This document shows positions 18,573 to 28,571 of a DNA stretch of 64,000 bases, piece after piece. Made by a program: the position numbers and the translations under genes. The stretch's first letter is position 1, and each line of letters opens with the position of its first letter. The stretch covers positions 224,001 through 288,000 of the forward strand of contig CBDDDZ010000005.1 in assembly GCA_965226795.1 (NCBI GenBank), in the 5' to 3' direction. The DNA is from Candidatus Latescibacterota bacterium (lineage in GTDB: Bacteria; Latescibacterota; UBA2968; GCA-2709665). The notes below the pieces were generated by a model that was not told the DNA's origin, did not search any database, and saw only the letters and a list, made by a program, of their open reading frames with translations.

Positions 18573-20324
18573 CTATTCCTTTGCGCCATATCTCCTCAGC
18601 AAAGCGCCCATGTCGACTTCCTCCGTGTCGAGTCGAGCGTATTCCTTATGACCCTGCGGATTGTCGGTCCAGGCCAGAGGTGTCGCCCATGCCGCGCCCG
18701 CCAGATTCGGATCGGCGCCCGCTTCCAGCATGAACCTGGCGAGTTCGGGCCACTCGTAGCGTACTGCCATTGCCAGCGGCGTCGATTGTCTTTCTCCGCC
18801 CGGCACGTTTATCTCGGCGCCGTGGTTCAGCAGCTTTTGCGCGAACACGATTCGATCCTGCTCGCTGACGTGCCAGGTGATTTCCGCGGTCCAATGAAGG
18901 GGGGTCAAGCCGCCTTCCTTCGCGCGGGCGTTTGGGTCGAATCCGTGATCCAAAAGGAGTTCGAAGCAGGCGTAGAAGTGTTCCACGCGCGCATTGCCCG
19001 GTTTTCTCGGACACCGGAGCCGCCACACCCGCATTGCCAGGCACAGCACGTCATGCATTTCGCTTTCCGTAAAACCCGGATTCTGTGAGAGGCAGAGGTC
19101 CACGAGATCCGGATGCCCGCCGTGGACGGCCCCTTTCAGAACGTCCTTGACACACGAGGGATCGGATTTAACGAGCGCTGCATCGACAGTGATATTGTCA
19201 CTGTGCTGTGCATAGAATCCTGGAGTGATCGCGTTGTCATACCCGGGAAATGCGCCGTGTCGCAAAAGCAGTTTTTCAATCTCATGATTCCCGTTGGAGA
19301 TCGCCAGATTGAATGCATTGCCGGACGCATCCATCACGGTATGTGCCGATGCCTCGTGCGCCAGGAGCAGCGTCGCCATTTCCAAATCGTCGTTGGCTGC
19401 CGCGGCATGCAGAGGGGCGCCTCGCTCCGCCACGGGGTATCCCTCGTCCTTGTCATATGGCGTGTCCGGATCCGCTCCCCGCTCCAACAGGAGGCGCACA
19501 ACTTCGCGGTGCCCCTTCTCGGCGGCAATCGTGATCGGATACGCGTCCATGCCGGGATAGTTTCGGGCCCAATCGTTCACGGCCTCGGGATCGGCATCGA
19601 GAATGCTCCGCGCCCGGTCGACGTCGCCGATTGCGCACGCAACCCACAGATCGTATTCCGTTCCACGTCCCAACAGAATTCCGCCAATCACCGGCCACAG
19701 CGGGCTCGGCGGCGGGTCCCACCCGCGTTTGGGTCGGGGCCCAAGGGCAAGGTGGATGGGCTTCTTCCCTCGTGCGTTCGCTCGATCTGTATCGGCGCCC
19801 CGATCCAGGAGTTCCTCGATCACCGTGATATGATGATTCTCCACGGCCACGTGAAGTGCCGTATCGCCGCTCTTGTTCACCGAGTGTATCCCGGAAGGGT
19901 CCGTGTCAAGCAGTTCCCCTACGCCTTCAATATCACCCCTGCCGGCGGCTTGGCAAAGGAGGATTCCTGTTTCTGTCTCTCCCGTCTGCCGGAACCGCCA
20001 TTCTTCCATTGCTTCGGCCACTTCGGCATGCCCATGGTGCCGGGCCATATCGATCCCCGACACGCGCTCCCTGTAGGTTATCCGGGTCGGGCTGGCGCCC
20101 GCCTCAAGTAGTAGCCTGACCACGTGCAGGTGACCCTCCCGCGCCGCGTAGTGAATGGCCTGATAGCCCTGTATTCCGTCTCTGCGTGCGAGATCGGGTC
20201 TCTGCTTCAGGATCGCCCGGACCCGATCCAGGTCACCCTCACACGCGGCCTTGCAGATTCCGACGATACTCACAGAGGCGTCGTCACCTGACTGCACAAT
20301 CTTCCGAAACTCTCTCTTTGACAT
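18573..20324 (-). CDS. Ankyrin-repeat protein
   Basis: Many ANK motifs (AIHYAAREGH..V.LLLEAGA, TALHVAV, TPLHW, TPLA..GADPN). ATG at 20324 has an RBS. Confidence 0.9.
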   Translation of the reverse strand: MSKREFRKIVQSGDDASVSIVGICKAACEGDLDRVRAILKQRPDLARRDGIQGYQAIHYAAREGHLHVVRLLLEAGASPTRITYRERVSGIDMARHHGHAEVAEAMEEWRFRQTGETETGILLCQAAGRGDIEGVGELLDTDPSGIHSVNKSGDTALHVAVENHHITVIEELLDRGADTDRANARGKKPIHLALGPRPKRGWDPPPSPLWPVIGGILLGRGTEYDLWVACAIGDVDRARSILDADPEAVNDWARNYPGMDAYPITIAAEKGHREVVRLLLERGADPDTPYDKDEGYPVAERGAPLHAAAANDDLEMATLLLAHEASAHTVMDASGNAFNLAISNGNHEIEKLLLRHGAFPGYDNAITPGFYAQHSDNITVDAALVKSDPSCVKDVLKGAVHGGHPDLVDLCLSQNPGFTESEMHDVLCLAMRVWRLRCPRKPGNARVEHFYACFELLLDHGFDPNARAKEGGLTPLHWTAEITWHVSEQDRIVFAQKLLNHGAEINVPGGERQSTPLAMAVRYEWPELARFMLEAGADPNLAGAAWATPLAWTDNPQGHKEYARLDTEEVDMGALLRRYGAKE

Positions 20325-20404
20325 CGTCAGCAACCCCTTCTTCAGCCGCTTCCACGCGGACCGCAGACGGTTGTTCACCGTTTGTACGGATCCCCCGTCC
20401 CCGT

Positions 20405-22729
20405 TCAGGATCCGTACAGATCGGACGTTTCCACCAGTTTCCACGTATTTCCGAGATCCGCGGACATCATCAGCGAGCGATGGCTGCCGGCGTGGTCATT
20501 CCTGTAGAACCAGTAGGTCGAAAAGTATTCGTACGAGAGGAAGAGCCGCCCGATGCGGTCTATGGTAAGGCGGTGGTAGAACACGCTGTATTCCGAGAAC
20601 GGCGGCACGACAAGGACCCGGGGTTCCTGCCAGGCGTCGCCCGCGGGGCGTCGCTGATGCGCGAGGGTCGCGTAGTTGCCGGCCGGGAAGTAGCCGGTAC
20701 CGTTCCACCAGAGCCTGAAGGCCGAGTGAAGTGTGTCCTCCGGATCACAGACGAAGCCGATGTAGGTCTGGCGGGCATCCGGCCAGGCGTCTCCGGGCTC
20801 GGACCACCCGGCGTGTGCGGTGTTGGGAGCCGGCGAACGGGCATACGGGAAGGGGCAACCGTGGGTACCCGAGAGGGCGTGCAGATAACCCTGGCTGTCC
20901 ATGGTGATACTGGGTGAATTGTGGATGTCGTTTGCGGGCGGTCCGTAGCCGACCAGCACGGGTGCGCCCATTTCCCGGGTCTCCCTGTCGATGGTGGCGA
21001 CGTAGGTCGGCACGCCGGGGACGTCTTCCTCCGGATCGGTAGCTTCCGCCCAGATGACGTGCACCTTCCCGTCCTTCGAGACCACCGAGGCGGGAATACC
21101 CGAGTGCTGTGAGAGGCCGATACAATTGTCTGATACGAGAATCGGACGACCTATCGACAGCCCCCCGGACGTTTTCTCCGGCAGAAAGAGTTCGAGGTCG
21201 TTGACTTTCCGCCAGAAATGAAGTACATCTTCTCCAGTACGGGCGTAACGAAGGAGGGGCGGCGGACCGTCGCACGTGTTATGACCCGTAAACCATTCGA
21301 TATCAAAAGTGAGCGGAAATCCTTCCTTTCCGGGAATTGCGCACGCCGAGAAAGTAAGGCCGCGATCGGTGGAATACAGCAGGTTGGGTTGACCATTGAC
21401 ATTGACAACAAGATATAGTAAATTTTTGGCATCGAAGGCAATCTTGGTGGACGCGGTTCCAAAGGCGGCGTTCTCAAAGCCCCGGACGGAATCTCTGAAG
21501 TCGGTCGCCGTCCAGCGACCGTCCCGCAACGCGGTGATACCAGTTTCGGTCCGTACGAAGGGCCGGTTGTCGAGGTCGAAGTAGGTCTGATTCTCCACGG
21601 GACAGTCGGGCACATAGCCGAACTGTGCGTTCTCGTGTTCATAGGGTTTCAACACCAGGGGCAGTCGGATGGGACGCCGGACGGGCGAAGTTCCGGCATT
21701 GAGCGTCAACGTTGAATACGTGGAAACGTCCGGATATGTCTCGGAGGTCGCTCGCAATCGGCAGGTGAAGATTTCACTCTCGCCCGCGGTATCGGGCATA
21801 CAGTAGCTGGCGGTGACGCCGGCACTTTCCATTGGGCCGAGATCGAAGGTGTCCTCGGAGAGCCGGACGGGAAAGGCCGCGGCCTCGTCGTATTCGGGCG
21901 CCAGGCGCACGGTCTGCGGTTTGTTCGAATGGTTCCGGACCCGGAAGTCGACCGCTCCTGACTCGCCCGGGCGGACGTAAAGGTTCCTGTTGTAGGGCGT
22001 CAGAAGCCAGCGGCAGGGGTGGAGGGGGAAGAAAGAATCCAGGTGTGGGGTCCAGTAGGACATGTCCGTGTGCGGATCGTCATCGGACCAGCGCGTGACC
22101 CCGTCGATGTGGATGACGGCTCGCTGGGAGGGCAGGTGGAGACGCCAGGGTGCGGACCGGTGAGTGTGCCCCGGGAACGTATGGGTGGCGCGTCCGCCCT
22201 GAACAGTCAGGGTATCAACGAGGCTCCCGGCAGCGTCGAACACCGGCAGCATTTCCACGGTCTCGGGCAGGTCTCCGATTTCAACGGAGAACGCGCCTTC
22301 GGGAGGAAGAAAGCAGACGTCGCCGGGATACTCCGGCGCGAGCAGGACGATGGGTTCCTGGTGCGTGGCGTCTTTGTGGCCGCGGGAAGTCTCGACGAGG
22401 TAACGCTTGCAGTTGGTTCGAAACGCCCAGACGATCTCCTCGCCGTATCTGTCCTGGGAGATGGTGACGTTGAGTTTATAGATGCCCTTGTGGTTGACGC
22501 GCGTGGACAGCCGGGCCCGTTGAAGCGGGCCGTCGCCGGGGCCGGTGTCCGGCAGGGTAACCTCCTGTACAACCTTCCGGTCGGGCGTTATCAGAAGCGC
22601 ACGCAGATCCGTGCGGCGGTTGTGGACGTTGCGGTCGCGTTTCTGGAGGTCGATTACGAGTTCACCCGGCGTAGCCAGAAAATAAGCGCCTCCGGCGCCG
22701 CCGATGCCCCATCGAATCGTCGAGTTCAT
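20405..22729 (-). CDS. BNR-4 repeat-like beta-propeller protein (putative glycan-active)
   Basis: YSTDRGLTFS and SADLGNTW Asp-boxes; DIHNSPSITMDSQGYLH. Confidence 0.7.
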   Translation of the reverse strand: MNSTIRWGIGGAGGAYFLATPGELVIDLQKRDRNVHNRRTDLRALLITPDRKVVQEVTLPDTGPGDGPLQRARLSTRVNHKGIYKLNVTISQDRYGEEIVWAFRTNCKRYLVETSRGHKDATHQEPIVLLAPEYPGDVCFLPPEGAFSVEIGDLPETVEMLPVFDAAGSLVDTLTVQGGRATHTFPGHTHRSAPWRLHLPSQRAVIHIDGVTRWSDDDPHTDMSYWTPHLDSFFPLHPCRWLLTPYNRNLYVRPGESGAVDFRVRNHSNKPQTVRLAPEYDEAAAFPVRLSEDTFDLGPMESAGVTASYCMPDTAGESEIFTCRLRATSETYPDVSTYSTLTLNAGTSPVRRPIRLPLVLKPYEHENAQFGYVPDCPVENQTYFDLDNRPFVRTETGITALRDGRWTATDFRDSVRGFENAAFGTASTKIAFDAKNLLYLVVNVNGQPNLLYSTDRGLTFSACAIPGKEGFPLTFDIEWFTGHNTCDGPPPLLRYARTGEDVLHFWRKVNDLELFLPEKTSGGLSIGRPILVSDNCIGLSQHSGIPASVVSKDGKVHVIWAEATDPEEDVPGVPTYVATIDRETREMGAPVLVGYGPPANDIHNSPSITMDSQGYLHALSGTHGCPFPYARSPAPNTAHAGWSEPGDAWPDARQTYIGFVCDPEDTLHSAFRLWWNGTGYFPAGNYATLAHQRRPAGDAWQEPRVLVVPPFSEYSVFYHRLTIDRIGRLFLSYEYFSTYWFYRNDHAGSHRSLMMSADLGNTWKLVETSDLYGS

Positions 22730-23104
22730 GGGCAATACCTCCCGTTTTTTTTATTCATGTTATGTGCAAATATAAGTATACTACATGTACGGATATTAAG
22801 TATACGATATGGGGGTCGTCATTTAAAACGAAAAAAAACCGGGGCCGGATCTCAGGGCCCACCCGCCGCCGGCGGCGCCCCGTCCTCTTAGCCCTGGTAC
22901 AGTGAGGGACGGAGATCGGAATCTGGAACGAAGTCGTATATTGCGTTGTCGAACCTCTATAGAGCATGCCCGGCGCAATGTCGGGTCGTCTCCGGAGGTT
23001 ACAGGTTTTCAACCTTCGCGCAACGGATCCGTAACATTTCGGAACTACATTCATAAGGGACGGGTTTCACGGCCGTTTCGTGGAATTACCGTGAGGGGGA
23101 TCTG

Positions 23105-23878
23105 ATGAAGTTCGTGCTGCAACGGTTTGACGGTTCAATACTGTCGAATCTGGCCGCTCAGCGAGATCGACGCAAGCGATTTCAGCTGCTTCTTGCGGAT
23201 CGCCAGACGGATATCCAGGTGGAAAAACGGGACAAGAACCCCGAGGTGGACCTGAAGCGGCGATATAGGAAGGTTCTGGGCCTATCGTTCGTGATGTCCG
23301 CGGCGGTTCATGCTGGAATCGCCGTTCTGTTTCCAACCCTGGACATTCAGGCCACGCCTTCCAAACCCGAACAGATTGTGATTCAGATAGAGGATCTTCC
23401 GGAGACACGGCAGATCACTCGTCCGCCGCCACCGCCCCGTCCGGCTGTGCCTGTCGAGACCGAAAGCGACGACGTGCCGGACGATGTGACGATCGAGACC
23501 ACCGATCTCGAACTGGAAGACGTGCCAGTGGATCTGCCGCCGCCCCCGCCGGCAGGAAGCGAAGAGGCTCCCTTCGAAGAAGAGGAGATTCTGGAAGTCT
23601 GGAAGGTGGAGCAGAAGCCCAGGCTGCTGAGGAGGACGTTGCCGGTGTATCCTCAGTTCGCGCTGCGTGCCGGCCTGCAAGGATCGGTCATGTTGAAAGT
23701 GCTTCTTGGCAAAGACGGAAAAGCGGAGAGTATCCGGATGTTGAAGGGCGAGGAAATCTTCCGGAAATCGGCCGAAGACGCGGTGCGCAAGTTCCTGTTC
23801 GAGCCGGCGCGCCAAAGCGATCGGCCCGTTAAGGTCTGGCTCGTGATTCCGATTCACTTCAAGCTGGAGGACGACTGA
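23105..23878 (+). CDS. tonB: Energy transducer TonB-family protein
   Basis: Transmembrane segment with SxxxH, Pro-rich linker, C-terminal YP..A...G.QGSV and F.PA motifs. Confidence 0.88.
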   Translation: MKFVLQRFDGSILSNLAAQRDRRKRFQLLLADRQTDIQVEKRDKNPEVDLKRRYRKVLGLSFVMSAAVHAGIAVLFPTLDIQATPSKPEQIVIQIEDLPETRQITRPPPPPRPAVPVETESDDVPDDVTIETTDLELEDVPVDLPPPPPAGSEEAPFEEEEILEVWKVEQKPRLLRRTLPVYPQFALRAGLQGSVMLKVLLGKDGKAESIRMLKGEEIFRKSAEDAVRKFLFEPARQSDRPVKVWLVIPIHFKLEDD

Positions 23879-23909
23879 GGGCGCGCGTCGGTTGATTCGT
23901 AAGCACAAA

Positions 23910-23932
23910 GGGCTCCGGAAAAACCGGAGCCC
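23910..23932. terminator. Hairpin downstream of tonB
   Basis: GGGCTCCGG-AAAAA-CCGGAGCCC; no clear U-tract on the plus strand. Confidence 0.45.
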
Positions 23933-23953
23933 GTCGTGTGTTCGAGGGTAGAG

Positions 23954-24070
23954 GTAAGACGTTAGACGGTAGACGACGTCCTTGCCCGATTGGTTTTTCC
24001 TTTATGCCTCCGGCACAAAATGAAACCGGACTCGGCAGGGGATCTCTCACGTCTTGCGTCTCACGTCTAA
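23954..24070. repeat. Two short heptamer arrays in inverted orientation
   Basis: GTAAGAC GTTAGAC GGTAGAC near 23954 and TCACGTC TTGCGTC TCACGTC near 24047. Confidence 0.5.
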
Positions 24071-24076
24071 CCGCTT

Positions 24077-24133
24077 CTCCAGGAACGCGTACTCGATTTC
24101 GCGGTGCGCGTCGTCGAAGCCATGACCTTACTT
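24077..24133 (+). pseudogene. Remnant of a four-helix-bundle (23S rRNA IVP-like) gene
   Basis: LQERVLDFAVRVVEAMTLL resembles the family N-terminus. Preceded by a stop, no start codon. Confidence 0.45.
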
Positions 24134-24184
24134 CGTGCAGGACCTGGCGGAAGTTGCCTTCGACGCCATATAGCGAAAAGACGC

Positions 24185-24433
24185 GGGAGACCGTTTCGGC
24201 GCCTCCCGAACCCCCACATGGATCAGTTTGCCCAGACAACACGAAAGTCCGTCTCAGATCTCACGTAACGAATGCGCTTGCGCCAACTGGCAGAACAGCA
24301 TTGCCACAAACTGTTCCCAGCACGTGAACCCTTTCATGTATCGCTCTGCCCGGTGCGCTTTCACCGAACGCTGAAACTGGTTGCGAGGGAATAAATCCAA
24401 CAGTTGACTGAACAGACTGGCTGTGCGTACCAT
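24185..24433 (-). pseudogene. IS4-family transposase fragment (DUF4372-type N-terminal domain)
   Basis: RBS GGAGG, then MVRTASLFSQLLDLFPRNQFQRSVKAHRAERYMKGFTCWEQFVAMLFCQLAQAHSLREI*DGLSCCLGKLIHVGVREAPKRS. In-frame TGA at 24254-24256. Confidence 0.85.
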
Positions 24434-24853
24434 ACACCAATCCTCCGAGATGCGGTTCAGGGATTCTTGTTGGCTCTTCTACTTCCATGATCGCATCCTC
24501 GGAGGGATTATTCTAATACTTTCAAATTCCGTTTTTGGACAGATGTGATATCCATATTAAACTCAATTGTCAAGTATTTTATGCTCTGTTTATTGACGTT
24601 CTTACCCCGCTACCACACAGCAGGGGCAGATAAACTAAATCATGCTCCCCGTAATAAGGGCGAAATAGGGCACGAAGGCGTGATTTTTTGTCATTGCAAT
24701 ATGGCGGAAAATCCGTTACATTCGGTGATTGAGTGTGGCGTCCCGAGAATGACTTCACCTTGCCATCCCTCTCTATTATAACTCTTCTTTCCAGCAGAGA
24801 CAACCGACAGCTTAATCAGAGATTCCTCAAGTTCACAATTACAAACGTAACCC

Positions 24854-25990
24854 ATGGGGTCAGCCTTGTTTACCAAGATTCGCAGTCTGTTCGTTTTCTC
24901 GCTCGTCGCAGCCGTGAGCTGGGGCTGCGTTGCAGATGGTCTGCCCGAAAAGATCGAGATCGGCGTCGCACTCCCGCTGACCGGCCCGCAGATTTTATAC
25001 GGCGCGCCGGCGTGGGAAGGCTTCCAGTTCGCACTTGAAGAAATCAACGGTTCATCGATACTCGGAGGCTCAAACATCGAGTTCATCAGGGAGGATTCCC
25101 GAGGCACGGTTGATGCCGCCACGAAAGCGTTCAATAAACTTATCAAAGAGGACGGTGTGTCCGTCATCCTGGGTCCCGGTATTTCCACCGTGGCGAAGGA
25201 GGTGTTTCCGATCGCTCAACAGAGCGAGGTTCTGACTTTAAGTTCGACATCGACCGCCGTCGGCCTGAGCGCGATCGGCGACTATATCTTCCGCACAGGC
25301 CTCAACGTTGGCACGCTCGCTCCAGGCGCCGTCAAGGGTACGAAGGAGAAACTGAGGTATCGAAGAGTGGCGATTATGGTCGATTCGACCGACGTGTATT
25401 CCCGCAGCTTGGACGAGGAATTGCGCAACGCCCTGGCCGAGAACGAGGTCCAGATTCTGACAAGGGAGACTTTTGCAACGGGCGACACCTCGTTTGCCGA
25501 CCAGCTGAGCAGAATAATGGCTTTGAAGCCACATGCCGTGTTTGTCTCGTGTCTGGCGGCGGAGATGATTCAAGTTCTGGTCAACGCCCGTGAGGTTGGC
25601 ATCACTTCAATGATTCCTATGATCATACCTGAACTGTCCCTGACCGAAGTTAAGAAAGCGGGCGACGCCGCCGAAGGCGCGATTTCCGTATTGAGTTGGG
25701 CAAGCAACGCTTCCACACCTGGGAACCAGGCCTTCGTTGAAAATTACATCGCCAGGTACGGCTATGAACCGCATCCATGGGGCGCGATTTCTTACGTCTC
25801 GCTGTTTGTTCTCGCCAAAGCAATAGCGGAAACTGGATCGATGGACGCGAGTGCGATCAAACGCGCGATGATCAATACCCGGGAGGTCGATACGATTCTG
25901 GGGCGTTTCTCGTTCAATCCCGATGGCGACGCGGTTTACAATCCCATTGTGCTGAAGGTGCGGAACGGTGCCTTTGAAGTCTTCAAGTAA
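24854..25990 (+). CDS. Branched-chain amino-acid type ABC substrate-binding lipoprotein
   Basis: Lipobox-like SWGC, IGVALPLTG, EEING..ILGG, YIFRT, F.FNPDGD. Confidence 0.9.
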   Translation: MGSALFTKIRSLFVFSLVAAVSWGCVADGLPEKIEIGVALPLTGPQILYGAPAWEGFQFALEEINGSSILGGSNIEFIREDSRGTVDAATKAFNKLIKEDGVSVILGPGISTVAKEVFPIAQQSEVLTLSSTSTAVGLSAIGDYIFRTGLNVGTLAPGAVKGTKEKLRYRRVAIMVDSTDVYSRSLDEELRNALAENEVQILTRETFATGDTSFADQLSRIMALKPHAVFVSCLAAEMIQVLVNAREVGITSMIPMIIPELSLTEVKKAGDAAEGAISVLSWASNASTPGNQAFVENYIARYGYEPHPWGAISYVSLFVLAKAIAETGSMDASAIKRAMINTREVDTILGRFSFNPDGDAVYNPIVLKVRNGAFEVFK

Positions 25991-26049
25991 GCCAATCTAT
26001 GGGCCCCTACTGAGATAGTGTAACGGGCGCGACCCCGCTGTCGCCCGGC

Positions 26050-26239
26050 GGTCTGCCGGCAAAGATCGCCATCGGCGTCGCCTCTGCTCAGCGCGGCGGG
26101 CCTTCCGGGTCTCATCGGCGAACTCACCTGTGACGGGTTCGGAGACTGCGGCACCGGGCGTGTGAACATCTACCACCACACGGATACGAGCATCGTAGAC
26201 CCGGCGCAGTTGCCCGTGGTCTATCGTTTTGAGCCGTAA
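26050..26239 (+). pseudogene. Deletion scar of ABC substrate-binding protein gene(s)
   Basis: GLPAKIAIGVA (compare GLPEKIEIGVA in the upstream gene) joined out of frame to GLIGELTCDGFGDCGTGRVNIYHHTD..YRFEP*. Confidence 0.6.
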
Positions 26240-26415
26240 TGACCTGACGGACGTCAGGGATTCCGATACGGTTGCGCCCGGCGCTCTTTCTGCGCCATTT
26301 ATAACGCGTTTGACGAATCAACTGTACCGATATCCGGCGACGGTCTTTTCCAGATTTCCGGTTAGCCCGCGACTCGCCGGTCAGGATGTTCCGCCCCGTC
26401 TGGTTGGGACCGAAT

Positions 26416-26447
26416 AAATGACAGGCAGTGAAGGCTGCCTGTCATTT
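26416..26447. terminator. Probable bidirectional intrinsic terminator
   Basis: AAATGACAGGCAG-N6-CTGCCTGTCATTT, a perfect 13-bp stem. Confidence 0.65.
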
Positions 26448-26883
26448 TGCGATTTAAAGGAAGACGACTTTCGGACCGTTTCGTATCCCTTCGACCCTTC
26501 GACAAGCCTGGCCCAGGCAGTGCAAGCGACGCCGCGAGACGGGATGAATCGGCGGTAGAGTGGTGTCGTATTTTTGGGAAAGGATTAAAGGAGGTCTGGT
26601 TTGTTTATTACAGGGAGCGTTAAATAGTTGACACAATTAGAGCGCGGCGTAGCGTACGGAAGGGGCATGAAAGGTGCGTTTTACGCTGGCCCTTTTTCGT
26701 TGTCTGCCGCGCAGGTAAGCGCGGACGTTGTCCATCATCTGTTGAAGGTACGGGGTCGCGTCGTATGAAAAACGACGGACGGAGGCGGGCGCTGAGGGGA
26801 CCGAAGGCTTCCTGCGGACAGGGACGTGGGCCATAAGAACGGCTGTCGGTCGAACAAAACGGCGAAAGGAAGGGGGTGAGGTT

Positions 26884-28440
26884 GTGCTGCAGGTACAGGA
26901 TCTACGCGTTGCCTACGGGGCTGTTTCCGTGCTCGACGGCATTTCATTCAGCTTGCAGCGAGGTGAGGCGGCTGCGGTCGTTGGCGCCAACGGATGTGGA
27001 AAAACCACGCTGTTGAAGTGTCTCATTGGCGAGATCACGGATTACGACGGAGACGTGGCGCTGGACAGGTCCGTCAGGCCTGTCTGCGTGCCCCAGGAGA
27101 GCCCTGTGGAATTCGAGGGCTCGGGACTGGAGCGAGCGCTGTCTTTTGACGCCGGGTTGGTGAGGCTTTACAGGGGCATTCAGGCGGGACGGCACGAGTT
27201 TTATCAGGACTACTACGAGTCCGGCGGGTTCGAGCGCGAGGACCGGGTTCGAGCCTATGCCGGGAATTTCGGCGTGGAGTTGGAGGTGCCGTACAGGACC
27301 ATGTCCCGCGGGCAGCAGCGGAAGGTGGATCTCGCCGGGGTGTTGGCCCTGGACGCGGATCTGATGATGTTCGACGAACCGTTGAACTACCTGGATATCA
27401 GGGGCATTACGGCGTTCGAGGAGGGCATCCGTGTTGTCAAACGACGGGGTAGGGCCGTGTTGATCGTGAGCCACGATCGGGAGTTGATCGACAATGTGGC
27501 GGATCGGACGGTTTACCTGGAGCGGGGACGGATGTTCTCGGTTCAGGGCGGTTATTCAATGGCGCTGGAGCATAAGGAGCGGGACTTTCAGGGTAGGATG
27601 GACAGAGCCGGGACGCTGAGTAAGAAGATTTCCGGACTTCAGGAGGCCATGCGGCGGCGGATGGCGTGGGGGGTGAGCCGGGAGAACGAGACAAGGGATT
27701 CGTCAAGCCGTCGTCTGGCCGCAAAGGTGATGAAGGGCGCGAAGGTGATGGAGCGGCGCCTCGAACGGCTCACGGCTGCCCGGGAGGAGGAGAAACCCTG
27801 GATCGAGAAAAGAATCCGATTGAATTTTCCGCCGTACGAGGTGAACCGGCGGTTGGTGGGGAGGATGGAGTCGGTGGACAAGCAGTTCGGCGGCAACCCG
27901 ATCCTTGAGACCCTCGACCTGGTTGTTGAGACCGGAGACCGGATCGCAATAATGGGCCCGAACGGGACCGGGAAGACAACACTCCTGAATGTGATGACGG
28001 GGAAACTGCCGCCGGATTCAGGCGCAGTCTACTTCAACGCGAAAGTAAAGGTGGGATATGTAACACAGGGCCTGGACGGGTTTTACAACCAGGAGATCTT
28101 CCTGGATAATTTCCGGGATGTCGATTACGTGGAAAGTGAGGTGCGGCAGTTCCTGGGCGCGGCCAGGCTGCACGCCGATAAGGTGGTCCGGCCGGTTCAC
28201 ACACTGAGCTATGGTGAGCGGATGCGCGGAGCCATTGTAAAGATGATACTGAAACAGATGGAGTTCCTGGTGCTGGACGAGCCCACGACGCATCTGGACA
28301 TCGAGTCCGTGGAGGTGCTGGAAAGGCTGCTCGAGACATTTCCCGGCGGCTTCGTCGTCGTCAGCCACGACCGGCGTTTGATTTCTCACGTGGCGGATGA
28401 GATCTTTATGTTGGACAACGGACGGCTGGAGAGGTTATAG
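26884..28440 (+). CDS. ABC-F family ATPase with an Lsa-like interdomain linker
   Basis: Two ABC domains (GANGCGKT..DEPLNYLD..VSHDR; GPNGTGKT..LSYGE..DEPTTHLD..VSHDR) and no transmembrane segments. Confidence 0.9.
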   Translation: MLQVQDLRVAYGAVSVLDGISFSLQRGEAAAVVGANGCGKTTLLKCLIGEITDYDGDVALDRSVRPVCVPQESPVEFEGSGLERALSFDAGLVRLYRGIQAGRHEFYQDYYESGGFEREDRVRAYAGNFGVELEVPYRTMSRGQQRKVDLAGVLALDADLMMFDEPLNYLDIRGITAFEEGIRVVKRRGRAVLIVSHDRELIDNVADRTVYLERGRMFSVQGGYSMALEHKERDFQGRMDRAGTLSKKISGLQEAMRRRMAWGVSRENETRDSSSRRLAAKVMKGAKVMERRLERLTAAREEEKPWIEKRIRLNFPPYEVNRRLVGRMESVDKQFGGNPILETLDLVVETGDRIAIMGPNGTGKTTLLNVMTGKLPPDSGAVYFNAKVKVGYVTQGLDGFYNQEIFLDNFRDVDYVESEVRQFLGAARLHADKVVRPVHTLSYGERMRGAIVKMILKQMEFLVLDEPTTHLDIESVEVLERLLETFPGGFVVVSHDRRLISHVADEIFMLDNGRLERL

Positions 28441-28571
28441 ACGCGGAAGCCGTGGAGTATGCCGCACACGGGTATCCGGGAGGACGGGCGCCGTTCCGGG
28501 CACATCCACGGATTCCGGAAAGGATTCGACGTCGGGCAGGCAGACACGCCCTCAACACGATTGGGGATGAA

